Of a stretch of 60,866 bases of DNA, positions 31,096-40,982 are shown in pieces. A program made the position numbers and the translations under genes. Each line of letters starts with the position of its first letter. Positions within the stretch are counted from its first letter, which is position 1. The notes beneath the pieces were generated by a model that was not told the DNA's origin, ran no database searches, and saw only the letters and a program-made list of their open reading frames with translations. Source of the stretch: Candidatus Moraniibacteriota bacterium (GTDB taxonomy: Bacteria > Patescibacteriota > Minisyncoccia > Moranbacterales > GCA-2747515); the NCBI GenBank assembly GCA_027031495.1, contig JALVQA010000020.1, forward strand, positions 1-60,866, given 5' to 3'.

Positions 31096-32676
31096 TCATG
31101 CATGCGCACGACGTATGATTTCGCCACTTCTTTCTATACCAACACCATCGCGCAGAATAAACGTACCATTTACCATAACAGCATCAATACCTTCTGCGTA
31201 ACGATATGGTTGCTGTAAATCTGCACGGTCATTGATAGTTCGCGGGTCAAAGACTGTAATGTCGGCATGCATATTTTCCGCGATCGCGCCACGTTGCATA
31301 ATACCAAATTGTTGTGCAGGTAGCGATGTAATTTTCTGAATCGCTTTTTCCCATGATATAAGTGCATGATCACGCACATAGTGACCTAAGAATCGCGCAA
31401 ACGCACCAAAACTACGCGGATGAATTACCTCACCGGTCTGCCAATCTTCTTCCGCATAGCCACCGCCATTCGATGCCACCATAATACCGTCCTCTGCAAG
31501 AGCATCGCGTACACCATCTTCACTCAATGCCTCGATAAGAACAACTGCATGCCCATTGCTTGCCAGTAAAATATCAACAACTACCTCCTCTACCGACTTT
31601 TCTTGTGCACGTGCAATATCGCCAAGACGACGATGCATTACTTGTTTTACGAGTGGTGATACAGATAAGACGGCATTCTCAAGATTTATACGTAGGTTTT
31701 GCTGCATTTGCTCTATAACGTCGGCACGTATTTTCGGGTCCCTGAGACGCGCCAACATCATTGTACGCCCACCATCCGTCGCCCAATCAGGCAAGAGTGT
31801 GTACAAAACGGCGCTCATCACCGTATATGGATAAGCGTCACTTGTAATAGTTAGGCCATTACTGCGCGCCTCACGAATTGTACGAAGAACATCTTGCATG
31901 AGTGGCCAATTCCTCTCACCGACCGTTTTAAGATGTGCGATGTGAAGACGTGCGCCAGCTTCACGCGCAATGGCAATAACATCTTCCAGCGCTTTTACAA
32001 CACCGTCCATCTCATCAGAAAGATATGCAACATAGACACCGTCATGGCGCGCAACAACTTTTGCCAGACGCACGAGCTCATCTCGCGTTGCACTTCGCGC
32101 ATGTGCATACAAAAGAGCTGTCGAAAGACCAAGCGCCCCATCACGTAGAGCATTATCAAGCATGGCAACAACCTGACCAAGTTCATCGTCGGTAAGCTCC
32201 CGCTGTTCATCATGAAGAAGACCACGCCGCAGTGTTGCATGACCAACAAGTGTGCCAAAATTTAACGACAACTTACGATGTTCAATAACATCAAAAAGCT
32301 CATCTACCGTTCGCCAATTAATATTAACACTCGAAACGTCTGTCCACTTCTGTATACTTTTGATCATATCCGGTGACAAAAGTGGGGCAAGCGACGAACC
32401 GGAATTACCACCAACAATCGTCGTTACACCTTGATATACAAGTGAGTCAAGTGTTGGATTTGTAAAAATTTTCCAAAACGCATCAGAGTGATTATTAATA
32501 TCAATGAAGCCAGGTGTAACGTACCGATCCGTCGCATCGTAGACATCATGCGCTCTCTCATGGGAGAGATCGCCCACAGCAACAATCTTACCATCCTGAA
32601 TGGCGACATCTTTTTTTGTCATCGGCGCACCGGTACCATCAATAATCGTACCGTTTTTTATAATAACATCGTACAT
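31096..32676 (-). CDS. N-acyl-D-amino-acid deacylase family amidohydrolase (metal ligands degenerate)
   Basis: IKNGTIIDGTG, VTPGFID, QGVTT, HPRSFGAF.R.LG, G.IAE.M.ADITVFD. Confidence 0.88.
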   Translation of the reverse strand: MYDVIIKNGTIIDGTGAPMTKKDVAIQDGKIVAVGDLSHERAHDVYDATDRYVTPGFIDINNHSDAFWKIFTNPTLDSLVYQGVTTIVGGNSGSSLAPLLSPDMIKSIQKWTDVSSVNINWRTVDELFDVIEHRKLSLNFGTLVGHATLRRGLLHDEQRELTDDELGQVVAMLDNALRDGALGLSTALLYAHARSATRDELVRLAKVVARHDGVYVAYLSDEMDGVVKALEDVIAIAREAGARLHIAHLKTVGERNWPLMQDVLRTIREARSNGLTITSDAYPYTVMSAVLYTLLPDWATDGGRTMMLARLRDPKIRADVIEQMQQNLRINLENAVLSVSPLVKQVMHRRLGDIARAQEKSVEEVVVDILLASNGHAVVLIEALSEDGVRDALAEDGIMVASNGGGYAEEDWQTGEVIHPRSFGAFARFLGHYVRDHALISWEKAIQKITSLPAQQFGIMQRGAIAENMHADITVFDPRTINDRADLQQPYRYAEGIDAVMVNGTFILRDGVGIERSGEIIRRAHA

Positions 32677-32827
32677 ATTTTTATATCTTTACAAAGTGCA
32701 CAATCTTTACACTTATACTATTTCTTTTTTCTAGTATACCACGAAGTATACACTGTTATGAAAAAATAAAACACGCGCCTCTACATATTATAGAGAGAGC
32801 GTGTTCTGCAAGATTCTTTTTCAACCT

Positions 32828-33841
32828 TTATTGTTGCTGTACCATGGAACCGACCATGTGCGCCATATCTACCAAGCGATGTGCATAACCTTGTTCATTG
32901 TCATACCATGCTACAACCTTGACCATATTACCATCAACTACTTTTGTCATACTAAGATCAACAACACTTGAATGCGGCACGCCAATAAAATCCGATGAGA
33001 CAAGTGGTTCATCCGTCACAGCTAATACACTATTATACCGCGCGCTCTGTGCAGCCGCTGTCAAAGCATCGTTGATCTCATCAACACTTACATTGCGTGC
33101 AAGCACAAACGTGAAATCAGCAAGCGATACAACGATTGTTGGTACGCGCACACTGATGCCATCAAACTTGTTTGCTAACGATGGAATTACTTTTGTTGTC
33201 GCAATTGCCGCACCTGTTGTTGTCGGCACAATATTTTGTGCTGCAGCACGCGCCCTACGTAAATCACGGTGTGGTGCATCTTGCAAACGCTGGTCAGCCG
33301 TATACGAATGAATTGTGGTCATCATCGCTTTTTGCACACCGAACGTACTGTGCATTATTTCCGCAACCGGCGCAATACAGTTTGTTGTACATGATGCATT
33401 TGATACAACATCTTCCGTGCCGGTAAGCGCATCATGGTTAACGCCTACAAGGAATGTCGGTACATCACCCTCCCCTTTTGCCGGCGCACTCAAAACAACA
33501 CGCTTCGCACCAGCTGTAATGTGTGCACGCGCAGCACCATCCTTTACAAAGCGTCCAGTACACTCCAAAACGACATCAACATTGTACTCGGCCCATGGCA
33601 ATGCGGCAGGATCCGGCTCAGCGAGAACAGGATATTCCACACCATCAACAACAATTATATGATCATGCGCTGTTACCTCAGCATTATATGGTCCATATGC
33701 CGTATCGTAGGAAAGAAGATGTGCTAACGTCGCAGCATCTGTGAGGTCGTTAATCGCAACAACATCCATGTCATCACGTTCACGAATAATTTTAAAGGCC
33801 GCACGGCCAATACGACCGAAACCATTGATTGCTATACGCAT
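32828..33841 (-). CDS. gap: Glyceraldehyde-3-phosphate dehydrogenase type I
   Basis: INGFGRIGR, SNASCTTNC, AWYDNE.GY. Confidence 0.98.
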   Translation of the reverse strand: MRIAINGFGRIGRAAFKIIRERDDMDVVAINDLTDAATLAHLLSYDTAYGPYNAEVTAHDHIIVVDGVEYPVLAEPDPAALPWAEYNVDVVLECTGRFVKDGAARAHITAGAKRVVLSAPAKGEGDVPTFLVGVNHDALTGTEDVVSNASCTTNCIAPVAEIMHSTFGVQKAMMTTIHSYTADQRLQDAPHRDLRRARAAAQNIVPTTTGAAIATTKVIPSLANKFDGISVRVPTIVVSLADFTFVLARNVSVDEINDALTAAAQSARYNSVLAVTDEPLVSSDFIGVPHSSVVDLSMTKVVDGNMVKVVAWYDNEQGYAHRLVDMAHMVGSMVQQQ

Positions 33842-33845
33842 AATT

Positions 33846-34640
33846 TTAGTTTTCTTTATTTAAATTATGATTTAATGTTGCAGCAATTTGCAAAAATGAA
33901 CGAACATTTCTTCCGGAACGCCCCAGAACAACGCCACGTATACCGATATCTTGTGTAAACATTATAGCATTCTCTGGTGTAACAGAACCACCGTAAAGAA
34001 ACGGAATAGCACGTACACGGTGCGCACCATATGTATCGGTCAAAATTTTTTGCATAAGTATGCGCGCACTCATGATCTCCTCCGCCGTCGGCGTTACTGT
34101 ACCACCAATTGCCCATACAGGCTCATATACAAAAGCGCAACGCGTAATATCTTCCGGACGCACCGTGCGAGTAATTGTGTTTATATGAAATGTTAATGCA
34201 TCTTTCATGTGCCCGCGTTCCCGTTCCTCTTCTGTTTCACCGATAAAGATAACAGGCGTGATACCGACATTCAAAAGAGCTGCGATTTTTTTACTAATTT
34301 CACTATCGGTAACATGCCCAAATCGTCGCTGTTCACTATGTCCAACAAGCGCATATGACACTTCACTGTCTTCCAGCGTTACCGGCGAGATCTGGCCTGT
34401 GTAGGATCCGTGTCGCTCCCAGAAAACATCTTGCGCACCAACTGCAATACGTGGCTCTATATGCATTGCACGTTGTACCGGTTCGTAATGTGGTGCCGAC
34501 GGACACACGACCAGTTGCACACCTTTTTTGAGCTCCGACATATGTGCAAGACCCTTGCGCAACTGGTCACAGTACGCCACAACATCACGACGTCGCACCA
34601 TTGTCATCTTAAGGTTTGCAATAATAAGTAAATCTTTCAT
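33846..34640 (-). CDS. tpiA: Triosephosphate isomerase
   Basis: ANLKM, VGHSEQR, YEPVWAIG, LYGGSV. Confidence 0.93.
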   Translation of the reverse strand: MKDLLIIANLKMTMVRRRDVVAYCDQLRKGLAHMSELKKGVQLVVCPSAPHYEPVQRAMHIEPRIAVGAQDVFWERHGSYTGQISPVTLEDSEVSYALVGHSEQRRFGHVTDSEISKKIAALLNVGITPVIFIGETEEERERGHMKDALTFHINTITRTVRPEDITRCAFVYEPVWAIGGTVTPTAEEIMSARILMQKILTDTYGAHRVRAIPFLYGGSVTPENAIMFTQDIGIRGVVLGRSGRNVRSFLQIAATLNHNLNKEN

Positions 34641-34673
34641 ATATTTAACTATACCACTTCTTTCAAGATGGTC

Positions 34674-35165
34674 CTACACGGTCGCATCAAAAACAAGTGT
34701 AATAATCGTCACAAGAATTGATGCAATAAAACTACCAATGCACAAAAGCGGCAATGCTTTCTTGAGTGGAATTTGAAAAATTGTCGATGCAACGGCGCCT
34801 GTAAAAATGCCGGTCATCGGCAAAGGAATTGCCACGAAAAGGATAAGAGCAATGGCACCCCATTTTTCAAAAGCTGCGCGATTTTTTGTTTCGATACGAT
34901 GAATATATCGCTCCCACACTTTTCGCGCACCATGCCACCGCTCAATAATGAATCGCACCAACGGCATTGCTGTTACAATAATCAAAAAACCTGCCACAGT
35001 ATTCCCCAGAAACGACCACATGACCGCCATAAACGGTGACAATTCATAAGATACTATTGCAAGAGGAATGGAGCCACGCACCTCGATAATTGGCACCATC
35101 GCCAAGAGAAATACCGCAAGTTCCGCCGGCAGATCACTCACTGTACCAATAATCATATCTTTCAT
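34674..35165 (-). CDS. Small multidrug export-family membrane protein (COG2426-like)
   Basis: MVPIIEVRGSIP and FVAIPLPMTGIFTGA motifs; four TMs. Confidence 0.85.
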   Translation of the reverse strand: MKDMIIGTVSDLPAELAVFLLAMVPIIEVRGSIPLAIVSYELSPFMAVMWSFLGNTVAGFLIIVTAMPLVRFIIERWHGARKVWERYIHRIETKNRAAFEKWGAIALILFVAIPLPMTGIFTGAVASTIFQIPLKKALPLLCIGSFIASILVTIITLVFDATV

Positions 35166-35182
35166 AAAAACTTCTCTTCACC

Positions 35183-36190
35183 TTATAATTGCTTACGTAA
35201 GAAAAGTGTGGCATCTTCCGGCGTTACTGTCACAATTTCCATGCTCGTCGCAAGTTCAAAACCGGCAATTTTTGCTGTGCGTGGCACGATATCAATGTAC
35301 CACGTATAGTGTTCATAATCCCATCCCGTACATGGTGCTGTATGAATAAAAAAATTGTAGTCAGGATTGTTGAGTCCACGATCCAGCGCCATAAGTGCAG
35401 CTTGCAAAACCTCTGCCAACGCCATTTTTTTTGCATCCGTGATACGCTCAAAGTACGGCTGCAACTCCTTCGGCATGATATACATCTCCATCGCAGCACG
35501 TGGCGCAAAAGGACACAATACAACAAAATCGTCATTTTCCGCAACAAGTCGCGAGCGGACAGAAAGCTCATAGTCTAACATAATCTGAAAAGGACTTACC
35601 CTATTCTTGCGGTAAAAACGCGTCACTGCTTCAAGCTCCGCCTGAACAACAATGGGCACAACCGGCAGTGCTAAAATTTGTGAGTGTGGATGACTGATTG
35701 AAGCGCCAGCTTTCGGGCCATGATTGTGGAAAATACTTACATAACGTATATTGCGTAAGCGCATATGTGTTAAGTACCTATCCTGATATGCATCAATCAC
35801 CTCTGCAATGGCGGGAATATCAAGACGTGCAAGGTGTTTGTGTGGATCGCGCGTCACAACCAACTCATGAATACCATAGCCACCAACCCCAACATGTGGC
35901 CCATCTTCAATAATATCAACGCAGTCCGTTGGCGCAAGTGCCGGATATTTATTGGGAAAAACACGTGTTGTCCATTCACCATCTTGATCACGATAAATGA
36001 GAACATCTTCCTCCTGCCCCGATGCAAGAGGATCGCTAAACGGATCCGGTGCGTTATCACCAAGAGAATGGTCTTCCTCAATAAAATCATCCGGTCGCTT
36101 GCCACGACCCGTTGCGATAATAACCCACTCACCGGTAATCATATTTTGTCGCAACTCAGATGTTGTTGTGTATTCTTCTGTATTTTCCAT
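35183..36190 (-). CDS. galT: Galactose-1-phosphate uridylyltransferase (HIT family)
   Basis: RVFPNKYPAL, FHNHG..AGASISHPHSQI. Confidence 0.92.
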   Translation of the reverse strand: MENTEEYTTTSELRQNMITGEWVIIATGRGKRPDDFIEEDHSLGDNAPDPFSDPLASGQEEDVLIYRDQDGEWTTRVFPNKYPALAPTDCVDIIEDGPHVGVGGYGIHELVVTRDPHKHLARLDIPAIAEVIDAYQDRYLTHMRLRNIRYVSIFHNHGPKAGASISHPHSQILALPVVPIVVQAELEAVTRFYRKNRVSPFQIMLDYELSVRSRLVAENDDFVVLCPFAPRAAMEMYIMPKELQPYFERITDAKKMALAEVLQAALMALDRGLNNPDYNFFIHTAPCTGWDYEHYTWYIDIVPRTAKIAGFELATSMEIVTVTPEDATLFLRKQL

Positions 36191-36229
36191 GGCTCTGTGT
36201 TTTGTATTTTCTAAAATGCGAAAGTTTTT

Positions 36230-37036
36230 CTACGCAGCAGTTTTCTTTTTCGCAGCTTTTTTTCGTTTTTTTACATATGCACGAATATTGTATGCACCTG
36301 TCATCAGCCGCCAGCGCGTTTTAAATAAATCAATAATCACTTGTACAAAACCATTCGGACCAAACAAACTTACCGTTGATCCCTCTTCATTAAGCCAACG
36401 TACCGGCAGCTGTTTCACGCAAAACCCAAGACGCTCCGCCAATGTAATCAGTTCAAAATCAAAGCCAAACCGATCCACCACCATACGTGACGCTATGGCC
36501 TCCGCCGCCTCAGCGCGCAATATCTTAAAGCCACATTGCGTATCAGGATATCTCCACAATCCAAGCACGATCCGAATAAGCCAATTACCCATATCGCCCA
36601 TGATTTCGCGATAACGCGGCTGATGCACTTGGATAAACGCACCGTTAATATCTCGCGAACCAATTACAACATCGCAACCTTTCTCCAACTCCGGCAAGAA
36701 TGCATCAAGATGCGTAATAGATGTGGAACCATCAGCATCCATAAAAAGACGATACCTTCCACGTGCCGTCAAGAGACCTTGTCGCACAACATAACCCTTG
36801 CCGTGGTTTTCCTTATTATCAATCACACGCAATTGCGGTATGCGATCTGCATAATTTCTCGCAACTTCTGCTGTATTATCCGGCGAACCATCAACTATTA
36901 CCAAAATCTCATAACTATACTTGTTATGATGCGCAAAGTAGTCTTGAATTTCTAGAAGTGTACGTCCAAGACGTTCTCCCTCCTTATATGCCGGAATGAT
37001 AATTGAAATATCCGATGTATGTGAATCATGAGTCAT
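36230..37036 (-). CDS. GT2 glycosyltransferase (polyprenol-phosphate glucosyltransferase-like)
   Basis: IIIPAYKE, VDGS.D.T, GKG..VR.G, FMDADGS, DTQCGFK, FDFE. Confidence 0.92.
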   Translation of the reverse strand: MTHDSHTSDISIIIPAYKEGERLGRTLLEIQDYFAHHNKYSYEILVIVDGSPDNTAEVARNYADRIPQLRVIDNKENHGKGYVVRQGLLTARGRYRLFMDADGSTSITHLDAFLPELEKGCDVVIGSRDINGAFIQVHQPRYREIMGDMGNWLIRIVLGLWRYPDTQCGFKILRAEAAEAIASRMVVDRFGFDFELITLAERLGFCVKQLPVRWLNEEGSTVSLFGPNGFVQVIIDLFKTRWRLMTGAYNIRAYVKKRKKAAKKKTAA

Positions 37037-37200
37037 AATTGAAATACGTTCTACTCCTTACTAAACAGCTTATACCAAAAATTATTGATACTGAGTTCGT
37101 ATTCATTATACCACACTTTACAATTTGAATTTTTTATACAAAGAATGTACACTACAGTAATATAAGACGGAAATCTTTTATAGTTAACAACTACGTTTTT

Positions 37201-38949
37201 ATGACTACAAAATCACATGATACTCTCTTTGCACAGCGCCACAGCGCCGCACACTTGTTGGCGCTTGCAACAATGGAACTCTTTCCCGGCACGCAACTGG
37301 GCACCGGTCCGGTCACGGACACCGGCTTCTATTATGACATGAAGACACCGCAGCCGCTGTCCGACGCCGACCTAAGAAACATTGAGAAACTGATGAAGAA
37401 GCGCGCGGCGCAAAACCTTGAGTTCGTGCGCGAGGAGCTCTCGCTGGACGACGCGCGTGCGCTGTTTCGCGATTTACATCAACCCTACAAACTGGAACTC
37501 ATTGACAAAATTGCCGCAACAGGCGCCACCACCGTGTCTATCTACCGCACCGGCGAGCACTTCGTAGACCTCTGCGAAGGTCCGCATGTGGCGAACACCA
37601 AAGAAATTCCACGTGACGCGCTCAAACTCACCAAGCTCGGTGGCGCCTATTGGCAGGCGGACGAGAACAACGACCAAATGACGCGCGTGAGCGGCGTGCT
37701 GTTTAGCACCAAAGAGGAGCTGGACGCTTACGAAGCAATGCTGCGCGAAGCCGCCAAGCGCGACCACCGCAAGCTGGGCAAGGAGTTGGACCTCTTTACC
37801 TTCTCGGAACTTGTGGGGCCGGGATTGCCACTGTGGACACCAAAAGGCACACTGGTGCGACAACTCATCGATGAGTACGTCTGGGAACTGCGCCGTGCAC
37901 GCGGCTACCAGCGTGTGACAATTCCGCACATCACCAAGAAAGAACTCTACGAAACGTCCGGCCACTGGCAGAAGTTTGCGGACGAGCTGTTTCACGTGCG
38001 CGGACACGAGGACAAGGAGTACGCACTCAAACCGATGAATTGCCCACACCACACGCAAATCTTTGCCCGCACACCGATGTCCTACCGCGACATGCCCCAG
38101 CGCTATGCGGAAACCACCATGGTTTACCGCGATGAGCAAAGCGGCGAGCTTGGTGGCCTAACCCGCGTGCTGTCCATCACACAAGACGATGCGCACGTGT
38201 TCTGTCGTCCCTCACAGTTGCGTGAGGAGTTCTTTGTTGTCTGGGATATGATTGACACTTTCTACACAACATTCGGCTTCGCATTCAAAACGATTCGCCT
38301 CTCCTTCCATGACCCGGCACAGATGGACAAATATCTCGGCACACCGGAACTTTGGCGTACGGCGGAAGATACGCTGCGCGCCATCGCCCGTGAGCGCGGT
38401 GTAGAGGCCGAAGAAGCGCCCGGTGAGGCGGCGCTCTATGGACCCAAAGTGGACTTCATCGCCACAGACTCGCTCGGGCGCACGCACCAAGTAGCAACTA
38501 TCCAATTGGATATGAATATGCCGGAGCGCTTTGACCTGACGTGTATTGACGAAAACGGTGAGAAAGAGCGTGTGATCATGATCCACTGCGCCATCGCCGG
38601 CAGTCTGGATCGCTTCATTGGCGTCCTTCTGGAGCACACCGCCGGCAAGCTACCACTGCGCTTCGCACCGGTGCAAATCGCCGTGCTACCGATTTCTGAG
38701 AAGTTTGCGGATTATGCTGCTGACGTTATGCGCACACTGCGCGAGGGTGGCTACCGTGTGGAGCTGCGCGATGAATCTGAAACACTCGGCAAGCGCATCC
38801 GCACCGCGCAAAAAGAAAAAATTCCGTACATGCTCATTGTCGGCGAAAAAGAACAAGCGGAAGGGACGGTGGCCGTCCGCTCCCGCGATGAGGGTGACAT
38901 GGGCGTCCTTGCCCTGTCGGAGTTTCTTGCGCAACTGCAAAATGCCTAG
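37201..38949 (+). CDS. thrS: Threonine--tRNA ligase (no TGS domain)
   Basis: RHSAAHLLA, DHRKLG, KPMNCPHH, GLTRV, QDDAH, IQLD. Confidence 0.98.
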   Translation: MTTKSHDTLFAQRHSAAHLLALATMELFPGTQLGTGPVTDTGFYYDMKTPQPLSDADLRNIEKLMKKRAAQNLEFVREELSLDDARALFRDLHQPYKLELIDKIAATGATTVSIYRTGEHFVDLCEGPHVANTKEIPRDALKLTKLGGAYWQADENNDQMTRVSGVLFSTKEELDAYEAMLREAAKRDHRKLGKELDLFTFSELVGPGLPLWTPKGTLVRQLIDEYVWELRRARGYQRVTIPHITKKELYETSGHWQKFADELFHVRGHEDKEYALKPMNCPHHTQIFARTPMSYRDMPQRYAETTMVYRDEQSGELGGLTRVLSITQDDAHVFCRPSQLREEFFVVWDMIDTFYTTFGFAFKTIRLSFHDPAQMDKYLGTPELWRTAEDTLRAIARERGVEAEEAPGEAALYGPKVDFIATDSLGRTHQVATIQLDMNMPERFDLTCIDENGEKERVIMIHCAIAGSLDRFIGVLLEHTAGKLPLRFAPVQIAVLPISEKFADYAADVMRTLREGGYRVELRDESETLGKRIRTAQKEKIPYMLIVGEKEQAEGTVAVRSRDEGDMGVLALSEFLAQLQNA

Positions 38950-40015
38950 AAAAACACTTGCCATCATCGGCCCGACGGCATCCGGCAAGAGTGATGCAGC
39001 GATTGCTGTCGCACATATGTGTGGTGGTGCTGTTATTGGTGCAGACAGCCGACAGGTCTACCGTCACATGGATCTCGGCAGCGGCAAGGAACCGGGAGCA
39101 GTCGTTGACTTGATGCGCATTATCTCTCGCAATCATCCACGCACATCTCCGAAACAAGCAGATAAAAGCAATAAGCCAGAACTGTCTCCAGCATACTCTA
39201 TCAAAACGCTCCAGACATTCGCGCAAACAGAACTCCTCGCACGTCCCTACATTTCCGGTGGCATCATACACTACATGATTGACGTTGCTGACCCCACAGA
39301 AGACTACAGCGCCGGACGGTTTGTCCACGAGGCCCGTGCCGTACTGGATGCACTGTACTCACGTGCCATCATCCCCATTGTTTGCGGTGGGACGCACTTC
39401 TGGGTACAAGCCCTTTTGGAAGGCATGCCATTTCCTACCGTGCCACCAAACGATGCGCTGCGCACGGAGCTTGCCACACTCTCGTACGATGCACTTCTTG
39501 CACGCTTGGAAGCGTGTGATGCGCGCCGGGCTGCAGACATTCGGCGCAAAAACGAACAGCACAACCGTCACCGCCTTATGCGTGCCATTGAAATCTGCAC
39601 AGCACTGGGATATGTCCCGTCTGCACAGACCACGCCGCCAGACCCGCGCACAACACTGATTGTTGCAATTATTCCACCGATGACACAGATTGAACGCAAT
39701 ATCACCGCACGCCTCCAACCGCGTCTAGACGCCGGTATGCTGGAGGAAGTACGCGCACTGCACGACACACACGGTGTGAGTTATGAACGTCTGGAACGCT
39801 TTGGACTGGAGTATAAATGGTGTGCGCTGTTGTTGCAAAAAAAGTGTACTTACCGGGAGATGTGTGACGGCATCATTCGTGAAAGTCGTCAGTTTGCCAA
39901 GCGACAAATTACGTGGATTCGCCGCTGGCAGAAACACGGTGCGCACATCCACATCGTCACAACACCGGACGCCACACAAAAGATTGTAAGACATTTTCTC
40001 CACCGGGAAGCATGA
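38942..40015 (+). CDS. miaA: tRNA dimethylallyltransferase
   Basis: GPTASGKS, DSRQVY, GGTHFW, FAKRQITW. ATG 38942 overlaps the thrS stop. Confidence 0.93.
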   Translation: MPRKTLAIIGPTASGKSDAAIAVAHMCGGAVIGADSRQVYRHMDLGSGKEPGAVVDLMRIISRNHPRTSPKQADKSNKPELSPAYSIKTLQTFAQTELLARPYISGGIIHYMIDVADPTEDYSAGRFVHEARAVLDALYSRAIIPIVCGGTHFWVQALLEGMPFPTVPPNDALRTELATLSYDALLARLEACDARRAADIRRKNEQHNRHRLMRAIEICTALGYVPSAQTTPPDPRTTLIVAIIPPMTQIERNITARLQPRLDAGMLEEVRALHDTHGVSYERLERFGLEYKWCALLLQKKCTYREMCDGIIRESRQFAKRQITWIRRWQKHGAHIHIVTTPDATQKIVRHFLHREA

Positions 40016-40620
40016 TAGTAACACTATTGCAAATATTTACACATAAAAAGATGTTATCATTCTTCAAAAAATTATTCTTCATTGGTGCGGTTCTTGTTGC
40101 AGTGCCTGCTGTGTGGATTGCGGCGCACTATGGTGCTCGCGCGGATGCACCGGCAGACTGTATCGTCGTGTTTGGTGCCGCTGTATGGCCCGGAAATCGC
40201 CCCAGTCACGCACTTTCTGACCGCATGCTGGAAGCAATAGACCTCTACAAAAATAATTACAGCAATCATTGCCTTATTCTCTCCGGCGGACCAAGCGCAC
40301 CGCCACTACACCACGAAGTAGATGTAATGCAGTCCATAGCGCGTGCCAATAGCATTCCGACAGATGCTATTATTTCAGACTATGCCGGTGTGCGCACACG
40401 TGAGACACTTACGCACCTTGATCCTCACCGCTCATACATCCTCGTTTCCAATGACTTTCACCTCGGCCGCATTCACCTCCTCGCGCGCCGCTACAACCTC
40501 CGTGCAACAATGCATGCAAGCACATACCGCCACGGCCGCTATATCAAAGAATCGTTTTTTGTTGTACGCGAAATAGTCGCCTTTTACTACTACCTTCTCC
40601 ACCTTGACGCACTGCGATAA
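40012..40620 (+). CDS. YdcF/SanA/ElyC (DUF218) family protein
   Basis: IVVFGAAV..G..PS..L.DR, ILSGG, EV.VM, VSNDFHLGR, REIVA. ATGA overlap with miaA. Confidence 0.88.
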   Translation: MIVTLLQIFTHKKMLSFFKKLFFIGAVLVAVPAVWIAAHYGARADAPADCIVVFGAAVWPGNRPSHALSDRMLEAIDLYKNNYSNHCLILSGGPSAPPLHHEVDVMQSIARANSIPTDAIISDYAGVRTRETLTHLDPHRSYILVSNDFHLGRIHLLARRYNLRATMHASTYRHGRYIKESFFVVREIVAFYYYLLHLDALR

Positions 40621-40710
40621 CGAGCAAAACAACAAACATAATGCAATTCACATTAGTAAGTGTTCTTTTGTAAAAAAGTTAGAACAGAAAAAAGGATAAG
40701 TAAGACGCTC

Positions 40711-40738
40711 TTGCATATTTCACAGTCTGTGCTATAAC
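40711..40738 (+). promoter_or_regulatory. sigma70 promoter (extended -10) for the 47-aa gene
   Basis: TTGCAT-16 nt-TATAAC with TGn extension. Confidence 0.55.
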
Positions 40739-40768
40739 TAGAGTGTCATTAACAGAAAGAGGGGAAAA

Positions 40769-40912
40769 ATGCTGTCACTTATCGCTATTGCAGTCATTGC
40801 CATTGCGCTTATCTGCGCAATGGCTTTCGCAGTTACTGACAGCAAGGACGCTGTCGCAACAAACAATCAAGGCCAGGGACATCATGGTGAGGAGGGAAAA
40901 AGTATGAATTAG
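40769..40912 (+). CDS. Small 47-aa single-TM protein (absent from the ORF track)
   Basis: MLSLIAIAVIAIALICAMAFAVTDSKDAVATNNQGQGHHGEEGKSMN, with upstream promoter, AGAGGGG ribosome site and downstream terminator. Confidence 0.7.
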   Translation: MLSLIAIAVIAIALICAMAFAVTDSKDAVATNNQGQGHHGEEGKSMN

Positions 40913-40932
40913 AAGAGGAGAAAAAACCACCA

Positions 40933-40958
40933 ACGCCGAGGAAAACATTCCTCGGCGT
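40933..40958. terminator. Intrinsic terminator between the small gene and gatB
   Basis: acgccgaggaa-aaca-ttcctcggcgt, 11-bp stem. Confidence 0.8.
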
Positions 40959-40982
40959 CTTTATTTGCACAACAAATTTTCA

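Noticed and set aside
37040-37200. T-box or attenuator upstream of thrS
   Set aside because: Region is short and AT-rich, with no T-box consensus or strong hairpins.
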